From Rickettsiales bacterium (GTDB lineage: Bacteria > Pseudomonadota > Alphaproteobacteria > Rickettsiales > UBA8987): a DNA stretch of 64,000 nucleotides. Below are positions 1 to 9,919 of the stretch, one piece after another. Every line of letters begins with the position of its first letter. Position 1 is the stretch's first letter. The notes beneath the pieces were generated by a model. The model worked only from the letters and a program-made list of their open reading frames with translations, did not search any database and was not told where the DNA came from. Location of the stretch: the NCBI GenBank assembly GCA_020630095.1, contig JAHDCD010000001.1:133698-197697 (forward strand), given 5' to 3'. The translations under genes and the position numbers were made by a program.

Positions 1-333
1 CGTACGTTGCTTAGCATCAAAACGCGCTGAAAAAGATTGATCAATTATTTTAGCATCTAAAATTGAGATGGGCTTGCCTTGTGAGTGAAAGTTTAGGCCT
101 TCGCGTATTTGGTATTCATCCCATTTATCATTTTTTAAAGTGAAATCTACAACTTGCCCTTTTGCATGAACGCCAGCATCGGTTCTACCGGCTACTGTAG
201 TTTTTGGCTTTTCATTGGTTAACTTGTAAAGAGCATCTTCTAAAATTTCTTGAACAGTTGGTGCATCGTCTTGAATTTGGTAGCCACTTAAGTTAGTGCC
301 ATCGTACTCTAGAGTTATTTTAAACTTACTTGC
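1..333 (-). CDS. truA: tRNA pseudouridine synthase A, N-terminal part (gene runs off the left edge)
   Basis: Minus-strand translation MASKFKITLEYDGTNLSGYQIQDDAPTVQEILEDALYKLTNEKPKTTVAGRTDAGVHAKGQV, with the TruA GRTDAGVHA motif. Confidence 0.93.
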
Positions 334-685
334 CATTGTTAACTTGATTTAATGCCCATACAAAATCTTTCTTTAGGGCTTCGTACTCTCGATTTAAGGT
401 GTTTGGTGTGGCGATAAAATTATATAAAATGTTTTCTTTTTTATATTTATCAAATACTTCGCTTAATATTGCGCGGTAACGGCGTTTAACTAGGTTCCTG
501 TCAACTGCGCGTTTAGATATTTTCTTAGAAACAGTTAGTCCGTAAAGGGCAGGGCCTTCGTAATTTACGTGAACTAATAGTAATCCCTTAGACTTAATTA
601 ATATGCCTTCTTTCCTTAATCTGCGGAAGTGATGTAGGGATGTTATTGTATTTTTCATTTTCAATGGTCGCACGGGCTTGCCCAA
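326..685 (-). CDS. rnpA: Ribonuclease P protein component
   Basis: LYGLTVSKKISKRAVDRNLVKRRYRAILSEVF matches the RnpA RNR motif; the true start may be internal. Confidence 0.85.
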   Translation of the reverse strand: MGKPVRPLKMKNTITSLHHFRRLRKEGILIKSKGLLLVHVNYEGPALYGLTVSKKISKRAVDRNLVKRRYRAILSEVFDKYKKENILYNFIATPNTLNREYEALKKDFVWALNQVNNGK

Positions 686-747
686 GTTGTTCGCTACGCT
701 CCAACCCTTCGGGTGCAGTATGCACTTCTTAGGCCCTTCGCTCCCGA

Positions 748-1668
748 TTATCCTCTAACTTCAACGTAAGTTTCGTTATAAAGTTCGTTCATAAACTTTT
801 CGCCTTCACGTTTCATTTTTTGTAATAGGATTTTTTCCTTAACCTTATTTTTAGTTAAATTTGAAGAAAGATTTTTAACCTCGCCGATTCTAATTAGGCG
901 GTAAGCGTCTAAGTCATTATCATATACTGGACGTGTAGTGGTATTTCTAGCAACGTTGCCAACGATATCTTTTAATTTTTTACTTAAACGTTCTTCGTTA
1001 ATAAACCCTAGACGGCCACCTTTTGGAGCGGTAGGGCTTTCAGAAAATTCTTTAGCAATTCTCATGAATTTTGTAGAAGTATCGGCTTTTTTATATAATT
1101 CGTTTACGATTAATTTTGTGTCTTCCTTAGTGCCAGATACTGTAATAAGTATTTCAAATACTTCGATTTCTCTACCTGTTATCTCGCTTTTTAATTCGTT
1201 ATATCTAGCGTTAACTTCATCATCAGATACGCTTACTAAAGGGCGAACTTTTGCCGCTAGAATTTTTTGCCATAAAACTTGAGCGCGTAAATTATCTAAT
1301 GTTGCAGCTAGTGATACGTTTTCTTTAACTAATGTTTCAGCAAACTCTTGGGGAGTTTTTCTGTTCATTTTTGCTAATTCAGCAAAGGCATTATTAACTT
1401 CTGCATCTTTTATAGAAACATTAAATTGATTAGCGAATTTCTTTTGTAACTTCTCATTAATTAGGTTTTGTAAGGCTTTATCGGCAATTTCTTGTCTGGC
1501 ACTTAAAGTATCCGGTTTGCCAGAAGACTTAACCATAAGCTCTATTCTTTTATCAAGAGTGGCAGAAGATATTGCCTCTTCACCCACCTTGGCAACAATA
1601 TCTGCTGTGCCTGCGTAAACGCTTAGGCTTAAAAATAAAATAGAAATTGATGTTAATGTTTTAATCAT
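748..1668 (-). CDS. SurA/PpiC-like periplasmic peptidyl-prolyl isomerase (foldase)
   Basis: Signal peptide, SurA N-like region (ISSATLDKRIELM...LQNLINEKLQKKFA) and parvulin-like segment (FMRIAKEFSESPTAPKGGRLGFI). Confidence 0.8.
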   Translation of the reverse strand: MIKTLTSISILFLSLSVYAGTADIVAKVGEEAISSATLDKRIELMVKSSGKPDTLSARQEIADKALQNLINEKLQKKFANQFNVSIKDAEVNNAFAELAKMNRKTPQEFAETLVKENVSLAATLDNLRAQVLWQKILAAKVRPLVSVSDDEVNARYNELKSEITGREIEVFEILITVSGTKEDTKLIVNELYKKADTSTKFMRIAKEFSESPTAPKGGRLGFINEERLSKKLKDIVGNVARNTTTRPVYDNDLDAYRLIRIGEVKNLSSNLTKNKVKEKILLQKMKREGEKFMNELYNETYVEVRG

Positions 1669-1742
1669 GGTTTTTGTTTAAATCGTACTTGACTTATTAC
1701 TTGTTTTAGTGCTATATACCTTCTCAATTTATTGAGGTCAAC

Positions 1743-2042
1743 ATGTCAAGAATTTGCGATTTAACAGATAAGAAAGCACAAAGCGGTAACAACGTATCGC
1801 ACTCTAACCGTAAGTCTAGAAGAAAATTTAAAGTTAACTTACATAGAGTTAGCTTATTTTCAGAAGCTTTAGGCGCACGCGTGCCATTAAAACTTGCTGC
1901 ATCTACGTTAAGAACCATTGACTTCAAAGGCGGTCTAGATAGTTTCTTAGTTAACACTAAAAATAACAAACTGTCGGGCAATGCAATCAAGCTTAAAAAG
2001 AAAATTCAAAAAGCAATCACTGAAAAAGAAGTTACTAACTAG
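1743..2042 (+). CDS. rpmB: 50S ribosomal protein L28
   Basis: MSRICDLTDKKAQSGNNVSHSNRKSRRKFKVNLHRV is typical L28. Confidence 0.95.
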   Translation: MSRICDLTDKKAQSGNNVSHSNRKSRRKFKVNLHRVSLFSEALGARVPLKLAASTLRTIDFKGGLDSFLVNTKNNKLSGNAIKLKKKIQKAITEKEVTN

Positions 2043-2517
2043 TCTTCTTTCTATTTTTATTTTATCTAGTTTTTCTAGCGCTAATGCGGAAGAGTCTAAT
2101 TATGCCAATATGAAGGCATCTGAGGCTAATTTGCGTGTTGGGCCGGGGTTACAATATGACGTTTATTTTAAGTTATCTAAGGCTGATGTTCCGCTTAAAG
2201 TAGTGGATGAATTTGAGCACTGGCGCAAAGTTGAAGATTTTGACGGCGACCAAGGTTGGGTTCATAAAGCGCTTTTAAATAAGAAAAGAACTGGTGTAAT
2301 TACTAATGTTGGTACAACAACCCCATACGTAAGTATTTATGAAGAGCCGTTATTTGATGCTGAAATTTTAGCTAATCTGGAATCTGGTGTGATTATTTCA
2401 ATTGAAGAATGTGCTGAGAGCTTTTGTTTAATTTCAAAAGAGCATGATGATAATATCTATCAAGGTTGGTTACCAAAATCTAATATTTGGGGTGTGGATA
2501 CTGCTGAAGTATTTTAG
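1981..2517 (+). CDS. Secreted SH3 (SH3b)-domain protein
   Basis: Signal-peptide-like N terminus; EANLRVGPGLQYDVYFKL and DGDQGWVHKALL resemble bacterial SH3. Overlaps the rpmB 3' end, so the start is uncertain. Confidence 0.75.
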   Translation: MQSSLKRKFKKQSLKKKLLTSLLSIFILSSFSSANAEESNYANMKASEANLRVGPGLQYDVYFKLSKADVPLKVVDEFEHWRKVEDFDGDQGWVHKALLNKKRTGVITNVGTTTPYVSIYEEPLFDAEILANLESGVIISIEECAESFCLISKEHDDNIYQGWLPKSNIWGVDTAEVF

Positions 2518-2518
2518 T

Positions 2519-5500
2519 TTATCCAACTTCTAAAGTTTGATCTTGAGTCTCTACTCTAGCTGGTAGATCGCCATATTTTTCTTGAATTTCTTTTCCATTA
2601 TATGATGCGGCGAACCCTTTCCCTGTTTTTGTGTCTTCTGGGGAAATAACGGTTTCTACTTTTGCTTTATTGCCAACTATTGGCTGAGCGATAACAACCA
2701 TTTTTCCGTTCTCTTGAGTTTCTATCGGGTAAACGACTTTATGTTGTTCGGCTAAATCTTCATTAACTGTAAATGTTATAGATCCATCTTCATTTAAATT
2801 AACATGATCAGGGTGATAAAACACCACGGCATCCCCTGTAGGCTCTATTTTGCCATTTTTTCTGGCGCAAACATATTTAGTTTCACTATCTCGACTTTTA
2901 TCGGAGTTGTATTCTTTTATTGCATCCGCTTTTTGTTGTGTATTTGTGTTATCTTTAATACCAATTTTATCGCCTAAAGAGGTGCTTTTATATGTATCTG
3001 GCGCAGATGCTACAGGAGTTGGTGCATCTCTTCCTTCTTGTTCATTGCCCTCGATTGCGGATTCAATTGTATTTGGTGCGTTAAGCTCCTTGTCTGTTTC
3101 GGGTTCTTCTTCAATAGAATTATTTTTGCTAAGAATTTGCTCTCTATTTATACCTAGCTTCTTGGCTAATTTACTTTGAAGCTTTTCTAAAATATCTGGT
3201 TCGTAGATAGTTTCTTCCAATTTATTATCTAGGAAAGTATATGCTAATTCTTTTGATTCGTCCTCATTCTTACCTAGTTCTTTATATGTATTTACTAAGC
3301 TATCGAAGTTGTTTTTAAGATTTTCGTTAACTACCCTTAAGGCAATTTCATCTATTTTTTCTTCAAATCGTTCAATTCTTTCATCAAGTTGCCTTTTTTT
3401 ATCGTCTAAACTTGTCCAACCCCATTGAGTTGTTCCATGTAAGCTTTCTCTGCCTTTATCGGCTATTTTTTCTTTTATATCGTCTTTTCTTGCTTCAAGT
3501 TTTATTACTTTTTCTTCAAGCCTATTGGATTTTTTTTCTATATGTTTTTCTAATTTCTTTTGCGTTTTCTTTATCTCTTCTAAGGTGTCAACTGTGGTAT
3601 CAACTAATTTTTTAATGCCACCACCTTCACCGCGTAGGGTATCAAACTTGCCTTCTGTAAAGAAGTCATCTAATACGTCGCGAGTTGTATCGGCTTCTTG
3701 TGCTGTAGATATAACTTGTAAAACTTCTTTATAATCTTCTTCAAGTTCAGCTTGATCAATTCCAGAGTGAGATACTATATTTTCTAAAGTGTCCTTTGCG
3801 TATTGAATTGATTCTTCGGTATAGTTTTCGGCAACAAATTGGCTCTGTTCTAAATAGATACCTAGTGCGATGATATTCTTTTTATTACCATCTATTGCGC
3901 CTTTTCTTAATGGGCCGTCTTTAAATGTTCCGTTAAGTAGGTCGGACATTTGTTTATGAACGCCTATGTGAATTTTATTGCTTACCTTGAAGTCATAGTT
4001 ATTTTCATCCCAAGATCTTTCTAGCTTAATGCTTCTTGGGTAATATTCTCTTTCAGGCTCGTTATCTTCTAACTCAAGTTCATCACCGCCATCTATTGCT
4101 GGTGTAATATTTTCTGGATTATCTATAGAGCTTTCTGCTTTATCTAATGTGTCTAGATAAGGAGTTTCTTTATCTATAAATTTATTAAGTACTTTAGACC
4201 CAAGTTGAGTAAGTGCTGGAGCGGATAGGGTAAAGGCGCTGTAAGCGGCTAATGTTGCTGGGTATATTATAGGTGCTCCAAGTGTAGAACTTACTATACT
4301 TGCAGTTGCGCTGGTAAGTCCAAGTAGAGCTAGAGCTTCTCTTGGGGCTGTTTTAGGTCCCCATATTTTCGTTACGGCTATATCTATAGCTCTTTTTGTT
4401 TCGGCAAATCTTTCTTTAGGGCTTTTTCTATGAACATTCTCAGCAGTTAGTGTATCAACGTCTATATCCTCTGCATCTGCTGGAGTAGTTTCTTCTGTAG
4501 GTATCCCTGTAGTTTCGTTTGAATTTGCTTCAAGAGATTTGGAGGGTTTTCTTTTTTGACTTTCCTCTGGCGCGGGTGCGGGTGGAGCTGTAAGGGGTGT
4601 TATGGGCGCAGTAATAGGTTTTGTTTTTTGGTCGGGTAACTTCTCTATTTCGTCCTCTGCTTTTATAGCTGCAGGGGTAGCTTGCTCGTTAGCAAGTAGA
4701 TTCTCATTAACAACATTAAGTACCGCCTGAGATAAAGCTAATTCTTGCTCTTTTGATATACCATTTACGCTGAATGCACCAATAGCAGACATTACATCAA
4801 TATATTGAGCTATAGGTTTAAGTAACAATTCTATTTCTTTGGCTTTAGGAACATTATCATCATCAAATAGTTTTAATATTTGATTAGATATATTTTTTAT
4901 TTCTGTCTGTTTACCTGTTACATCTAGTGTTGAGCTTGTTGTAAATATGGTTAGTTCTTTTTTTTCCTCTTCTAATGCAGGCTCTTCTGTAAGAGGTTTA
5001 TCTTTTTTATTAAAAGGATTAAACTTTGAAAAGAAACTAGATTTATTGGGCTTAGTAATTTTATCAGGTTTTTCTGGGGCTTCATCAACTTCAAAAAAAG
5101 ATTTTTTTGGTAAAAACTTCGAAAGATGCTTTCCATCCGCATGATCAAATACGGCTTTTGCTTCTTCAGGAGATACAGTTTTAGGTTTGTTGGGTGATTC
5201 GTATTCAACGATTGGAAACTCACTACTTTTATACCTATCAGATGATAATGGTCTTCCGTCAATAAGGAGTCTATAGCTTTTATCTAATCCTGCTTCATCA
5301 ACGGCTTGATTGTAAAAAATTGATAAAACTTTTGTTAAATCAATATTATCGTTACTTAGTTCAATTATATTTCCAGTTCTATTTTTTAAGTTTTCTTTTA
5401 GCTTAGTTAATGTTTCTTCATATCTAATTCGTTTTGTTTGATCACCTTGGTTGTTTTCAAGGTCATCAGCAGCGATGTAAAACTCTTTTATAGTTTGATT

Positions 5501-5602
5501 AAGGCTAATTGCGTAATATGAAGCATCGCTTTGAGAAATGTCGCTAGAGAATGTAATGATGGTATCATTATATTCTGTTATGTTTGAATTATCTTCTGCC
5601 AT
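2519..5602 (-). CDS. Large hypothetical protein (1027 aa) with charged/coiled-coil segments and one central hydrophobic patch
   Basis: Long open frame; no family recognised. Confidence 0.7.
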   Translation of the reverse strand: MAEDNSNITEYNDTIITFSSDISQSDASYYAISLNQTIKEFYIAADDLENNQGDQTKRIRYEETLTKLKENLKNRTGNIIELSNDNIDLTKVLSIFYNQAVDEAGLDKSYRLLIDGRPLSSDRYKSSEFPIVEYESPNKPKTVSPEEAKAVFDHADGKHLSKFLPKKSFFEVDEAPEKPDKITKPNKSSFFSKFNPFNKKDKPLTEEPALEEEKKELTIFTTSSTLDVTGKQTEIKNISNQILKLFDDDNVPKAKEIELLLKPIAQYIDVMSAIGAFSVNGISKEQELALSQAVLNVVNENLLANEQATPAAIKAEDEIEKLPDQKTKPITAPITPLTAPPAPAPEESQKRKPSKSLEANSNETTGIPTEETTPADAEDIDVDTLTAENVHRKSPKERFAETKRAIDIAVTKIWGPKTAPREALALLGLTSATASIVSSTLGAPIIYPATLAAYSAFTLSAPALTQLGSKVLNKFIDKETPYLDTLDKAESSIDNPENITPAIDGGDELELEDNEPEREYYPRSIKLERSWDENNYDFKVSNKIHIGVHKQMSDLLNGTFKDGPLRKGAIDGNKKNIIALGIYLEQSQFVAENYTEESIQYAKDTLENIVSHSGIDQAELEEDYKEVLQVISTAQEADTTRDVLDDFFTEGKFDTLRGEGGGIKKLVDTTVDTLEEIKKTQKKLEKHIEKKSNRLEEKVIKLEARKDDIKEKIADKGRESLHGTTQWGWTSLDDKKRQLDERIERFEEKIDEIALRVVNENLKNNFDSLVNTYKELGKNEDESKELAYTFLDNKLEETIYEPDILEKLQSKLAKKLGINREQILSKNNSIEEEPETDKELNAPNTIESAIEGNEQEGRDAPTPVASAPDTYKSTSLGDKIGIKDNTNTQQKADAIKEYNSDKSRDSETKYVCARKNGKIEPTGDAVVFYHPDHVNLNEDGSITFTVNEDLAEQHKVVYPIETQENGKMVVIAQPIVGNKAKVETVISPEDTKTGKGFAASYNGKEIQEKYGDLPARVETQDQTLEVG

Positions 5603-5686
5603 ATATCACTCAACACTTTAAGTTTAAATGGCAAAGGTTAACAAAAGGTTAACTTGAAGTAGAAATGTTAACTAAAAATAGGGTTT

Positions 5687-7513
5687 TTAGGCCGCTTCTT
5701 CGCTGTTCTTTTCTTCCTCTGTTGAGTTTTTCTTTTCTAGTAGCTCGCGTGCTTTAAGGCTTAGTTGAACGTTAAGCTCGCGTAGTTGTTTATCGTCAAC
5801 TAGGGCAGGGGCATTCATAAGTAAGTCTTGCGCCTTTTGATTCATAGGGAATGCAATAACTTCGCGGATATTAGGTTCATCACAAAGTAGCATTACAATT
5901 CTGTCGATACCTGGGGCAATACCACCATGTGGAGGAGCGCCAAACTTGAATGCGCGGATCATGCCGCCGAATTTCTCGTCAACAAAGGCTTCGTCGTAGC
6001 CAACAATGCCAAATGCTTTGTACATAATTTCTGGCTTGTGGTTACGAATTGCGCCAGATGAAAGTTCGATTCCGTTACAAACAATATCATACTGGTATGC
6101 TTTTATGGCAAGTAGATCTTCATCTGTTTTTGCGTTTTCTAGCACTTCCATTTCGCCTTGAGGCATTGAGAATGGGTTGTGTGAGAAGTCTATTTTGCCT
6201 TCGTCTTCATTATATTCGAAGTAAGGGAAGTCTACTACCCAGCAGAATTTGAATTCATTTTCATTTATTAAATCTAGGTCGTTCGCAAGTTCAACACGAA
6301 CCTTGCCCGCTAATTCTGCGGCGAAAAGTTCTGCACCAGCGGAGAAGAATACAGCATCGCCTGCGCCAGCGTTAGCTGTTTGCTTAATTTGTTCAATGCG
6401 GTCGGCATCTAAGTTGTTAGCAATAGGGCCTTTGCCATTGCCTTCTTCGTCGAAGTTAATGTAGCCCAAACCTTTTGCGCCGTGGCTTTGTGCGAATTCG
6501 ATTTTCTTATCGAAGAAGCTTCTTGCCTTTGTGCCGCATTTTGGTGCTGGAATTGCACGGACAACTTGCCCCGCTTCAACTGTTTTAGCGAATATGCCGA
6601 AGCCTGAGCCACGGAATATTTCGGATACGTCCGTTATCTCTAAATCGTAGCGTAAATCTGGCTTGTCCGAGCCGTATTTTAGCATTGCATCATCGTATGT
6701 GATGCGTGGGAATGGAGTTGACGTTACTTTTTTATCGGTGAATTTTGTGAATATGTGATTCATTAAATTCTCAGTTATTTCAAATACTTCATCTTGCGTT
6801 ACGAAGCTCATCTCCATATCTAGCTGGTAGAATTCACCAGGGGAGCGGTCTGCTCTAGCGTCTTCATCGCGGAAGCAAGGGGCAATTTGGAAATAGCGGT
6901 CGAAACCTGATACCATTAATAATTGCTTAAATTGCTGAGGGGCTTGCGGTAGTGCGTAGAAATGCCCAGGGTGGACACGGCTTGGCACTAAATAATCACG
7001 TGCGCCTTCTGGCGAGCTTGCTGTTAATATTGGCGTTTGGAATTCGTTAAAATTTGCATCCGTCATGTATCGGCGGATTTCGCTAATTACATTAGACCTT
7101 AGTAATATGTTCTTGTGTAGCTTGTCTTTTCTTAAATCTAAGAAGCGGTATTTTAGGCGCGTAGATTCAGGAAATTCTTTATCTGAATTTACTTCTAGCG
7201 GTAAAACATCTGCCGCAGATTCTAGCGTTATAGATGTTGCTTTAATTTCTATTTCACCAGTTGCTAAATTTTTATTAACGGCTTCATCTGCACGGGCGAT
7301 AACTTCGCCTTCAACTGTAATTACGCTTTCGTAACGGATGTTAATATCTTCCTCGGTTACAATTTGCGTGATGCCGTAATGGTCGCGTAAATCGATGAAG
7401 AAAACGCCGCCATGGTCACGCTTACGGTGAACCCAGCCGGAAAGCTTTACGCTCTCGCCGATATCGGCTTTGTTTAGTTGGTTACAGGTATGTGATCTAT
7501 AAGGATTAGTCAT
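5687..7513 (-). CDS. aspS: Aspartyl-tRNA synthetase (AspRS/AspRS-ND type)
   Basis: [47 protein letters not shown]; [10 protein letters not shown]; GIAPGIDR. Confidence 0.97.
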   Translation of the reverse strand: MTNPYRSHTCNQLNKADIGESVKLSGWVHRKRDHGGVFFIDLRDHYGITQIVTEEDINIRYESVITVEGEVIARADEAVNKNLATGEIEIKATSITLESAADVLPLEVNSDKEFPESTRLKYRFLDLRKDKLHKNILLRSNVISEIRRYMTDANFNEFQTPILTASSPEGARDYLVPSRVHPGHFYALPQAPQQFKQLLMVSGFDRYFQIAPCFRDEDARADRSPGEFYQLDMEMSFVTQDEVFEITENLMNHIFTKFTDKKVTSTPFPRITYDDAMLKYGSDKPDLRYDLEITDVSEIFRGSGFGIFAKTVEAGQVVRAIPAPKCGTKARSFFDKKIEFAQSHGAKGLGYINFDEEGNGKGPIANNLDADRIEQIKQTANAGAGDAVFFSAGAELFAAELAGKVRVELANDLDLINENEFKFCWVVDFPYFEYNEDEGKIDFSHNPFSMPQGEMEVLENAKTDEDLLAIKAYQYDIVCNGIELSSGAIRNHKPEIMYKAFGIVGYDEAFVDEKFGGMIRAFKFGAPPHGGIAPGIDRIVMLLCDEPNIREVIAFPMNQKAQDLLMNAPALVDDKQLRELNVQLSLKARELLEKKNSTEEEKNSEEAA

Positions 7514-7598
7514 TGCGGTAATTGTTTACTTATTCATGCGGTTTTATTCAAGAAAAACCTTGCATAAGATGAGATTTTTGTACTATATATGTTGCACT

Positions 7599-8141
7599 AT
7601 GTCTTTAACTATTAAACAGAAAGAAGTTGCAGTTTGGTTAGTTGATAATACTACCCTTACTTTTGAACAAATTGCCGAATTTTGTAATCTACACCCTGTA
7701 GAGGTGCGTGGTATTGCTGATGGTGAGGTTGCAGCTAACTTTATGGGTGCTAACCCTGTTGGGCAAAAAATGATCTCTCTGGAGAATCTTGAAGATGCTC
7801 AAAAGGATAAAAATGTTGCACTTAAATTATTACCTGAGTTTGCGGCATATTTAAAATCTAATGAGAAGAAAACTTCTCGCTATACTCCGATTGCTCGTAG
7901 GCAGGATAAGCCAGATGCAATCTTATGGTTATTAAAGAAATATCCGACTATTAATGATTCGCAAATTTCGAAGTTAATAGGTACTACTAAGAAAACTATT
8001 ACTTCTATTCGTGATAAATCTCATAGTAAGTATCAGCAGTTAAAGCCTAAAGATCCTGTATTATTAGGTCTTTGTGGTCAGTCTGCGCTTAATATTGTTG
8101 CTGAAAAATTAGAAAAAGCGGCTGATAAAGAGTCTGCTTAA
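7599..8141 (+). CDS. trcR: DUF1013 cell-cycle transcriptional regulator TrcR
   Basis: MSLTIKQKEVAVWLVDNTTLTFEQIAEFCNLHPVEVRGIADGEVA...GKT-like LIGTTKKTI; the track ORF begins at 7536 but MSLTIK at 7599 is the likely start. Confidence 0.85.
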   Translation: MSLTIKQKEVAVWLVDNTTLTFEQIAEFCNLHPVEVRGIADGEVAANFMGANPVGQKMISLENLEDAQKDKNVALKLLPEFAAYLKSNEKKTSRYTPIARRQDKPDAILWLLKKYPTINDSQISKLIGTTKKTITSIRDKSHSKYQQLKPKDPVLLGLCGQSALNIVAEKLEKAADKESA

Positions 8142-8148
8142 TCTATTT

Positions 8149-9291
8149 TTATTCTATAATTTCTGAAATACGTTTTCCGGTGGCTAATGATTGAGTCCAA
8201 CCTAGGAAGCCATTGCCTGAGCAAATGTAAGTATCTTCTTGTAATTGCTTGATAATTGGTTGTCCGTTGGGGGTGAAGGGGCGAAGGCATGCCCATTCTT
8301 CAGATTCATTGATATTGCTCTCTAGTTGTGGAAAAAGTTTAAGAGTTTGTTGTTTTAATAGTTTTATACGGCTTGGAGTGATATCGTAATTAAAGCCATT
8401 AAATTCACCTGTTCCAGCCGCGCGTAGTCGGTTGCCAAGTCTTGTGTAAACAATTTTTGTATCTTCATCCATTAAACTTCCCGAAATGCAGTTTTCATCT
8501 TTAATCGGTACTGTAATGCTATAGCCCTTAGTTGGGTATATGGGTAGTCTAAGCCTAAGTTGTTTTGCTAAATTATAAGAGTTTGCACCTGCGGCGATAA
8601 TGATTTTTTCATTATTATTTGGCTTGGTAATTTTGTACTCAGCATCAAATACAAATTTTACACCTTTCTTTTGTAGTAAAGACTTAAGCTCTGTGCAGAA
8701 AACGCGGGAATTGCCAATTTCATCTTGAGGGTGGTAAATACTACCTGCGATATCTTTTTTAACAGATTTGTTATACTCGTAAAATTCTGATTTATTTAAA
8801 CTTTCGTAATTTACGCCTGCGTTCTTGGAGTAATTTTTGAATTTCTCTAAGTCTTTGACGTTTTTAAATATATGATAAATTCCGCTTTGTTTAAATTCAA
8901 AATCAAATGGGAATTTTTCTTCTTTAAATAGCTCTTTGGTTTCAAAGCCTAGTTTTAAAATTTCTTTTATATTTTGCCTTTTTTTGTAAGGTAAGGCATT
9001 TATTGCATATTTAAATAACCAAGGTAATTGTCCGTTCTTGAAGGATGGGCGAATAAGCAGAGGTGCATCTTCTTTGCCAAGCCAGCTTATGCCTTTTAAT
9101 ATATTACCTAATGATGATATAGGGCCGACATCGCTATATGAAAGCTGACAGCCATTTTGGAAGGTGCATTCGCCAGCAGGGTGCGGTTGCCTGTCAATTA
9201 CTGTTATATTATTATAATTTTTTTTATGGATGAAATACGCGGCAGAAAGTCCAATAATTCCTGAGCCAATTATGGTGATTTTATTATCCAC
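8149..9291 (-). CDS. FAD-dependent oxidoreductase, D-amino-acid dehydrogenase (DadA)-like
   Basis: N-terminal IIGSGIIGLSAAYFI dinucleotide-binding motif and C-terminal TYICSGNGFLGWTQSLATGKRISE. Confidence 0.8.
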   Translation of the reverse strand: MDNKITIIGSGIIGLSAAYFIHKKNYNNITVIDRQPHPAGECTFQNGCQLSYSDVGPISSLGNILKGISWLGKEDAPLLIRPSFKNGQLPWLFKYAINALPYKKRQNIKEILKLGFETKELFKEEKFPFDFEFKQSGIYHIFKNVKDLEKFKNYSKNAGVNYESLNKSEFYEYNKSVKKDIAGSIYHPQDEIGNSRVFCTELKSLLQKKGVKFVFDAEYKITKPNNNEKIIIAAGANSYNLAKQLRLRLPIYPTKGYSITVPIKDENCISGSLMDEDTKIVYTRLGNRLRAAGTGEFNGFNYDITPSRIKLLKQQTLKLFPQLESNINESEEWACLRPFTPNGQPIIKQLQEDTYICSGNGFLGWTQSLATGKRISEIIE

Positions 9292-9330
9292 GGAATAAGG
9301 ATAGGGATTATATAGAATCTAGCAAATAGA

Positions 9331-9843
9331 TTATCTTGTTGGTGTGGTTACTGGTTTAGCTGAAGCGCTTGGAGTTACTGGTTTAGCTTCTGCACTTGGT
9401 ACAGGAGTTGCTCTAGGGGGAACTGGTTCAGCTTGAAAGGGTGTTGCTTTATCTAACTTTACCTTTCCACGCTCGCCTTTTTTTAGTTCTTGTATAGCTA
9501 TTTCATCTAATTCAAGTTGTGCAGGTAATTTAAAAATTGAGTCTTTTTGTCCTGTTTCTTGCTCTCTGGCTGATGCTTGAATTAAAGCTGCTAGACCTGT
9601 TGCTAATTCATCTGCTGATGGCTTTCTTTCTTTGTGTAAAGATTTTAGAGGTTTGTTCTTTTCTTTATCCTCTGTTAATGGAGTTATAGATTCTTGATAT
9701 TTTACTCTATCCATTCGAGATTCTTGATCTCGTGAAAGGACGCCATTACCATAAAAATGGTGTTGTTGTGTTTTATCTTCAGGTTTGTTAAGAAGTTTTT
9801 CTAAAATTTCACTAAAAATATTATTATTTTTATTATCTGCCAT
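9331..9843 (-). CDS. Hypothetical protein with Pro/Ala/Thr-rich tail
   Basis: Open frame of 170 aa; low-complexity C terminus. Confidence 0.5.
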   Translation of the reverse strand: MADNKNNNIFSEILEKLLNKPEDKTQQHHFYGNGVLSRDQESRMDRVKYQESITPLTEDKEKNKPLKSLHKERKPSADELATGLAALIQASAREQETGQKDSIFKLPAQLELDEIAIQELKKGERGKVKLDKATPFQAEPVPPRATPVPSAEAKPVTPSASAKPVTTPTR

Positions 9844-9919
9844 TGATTGAATTGTAGCAGAGAAAGTTTAATAAAAAGTTAACGTAATTATATAGGGCCT
9901 TAGTAGTGTAAAGCTTAAA

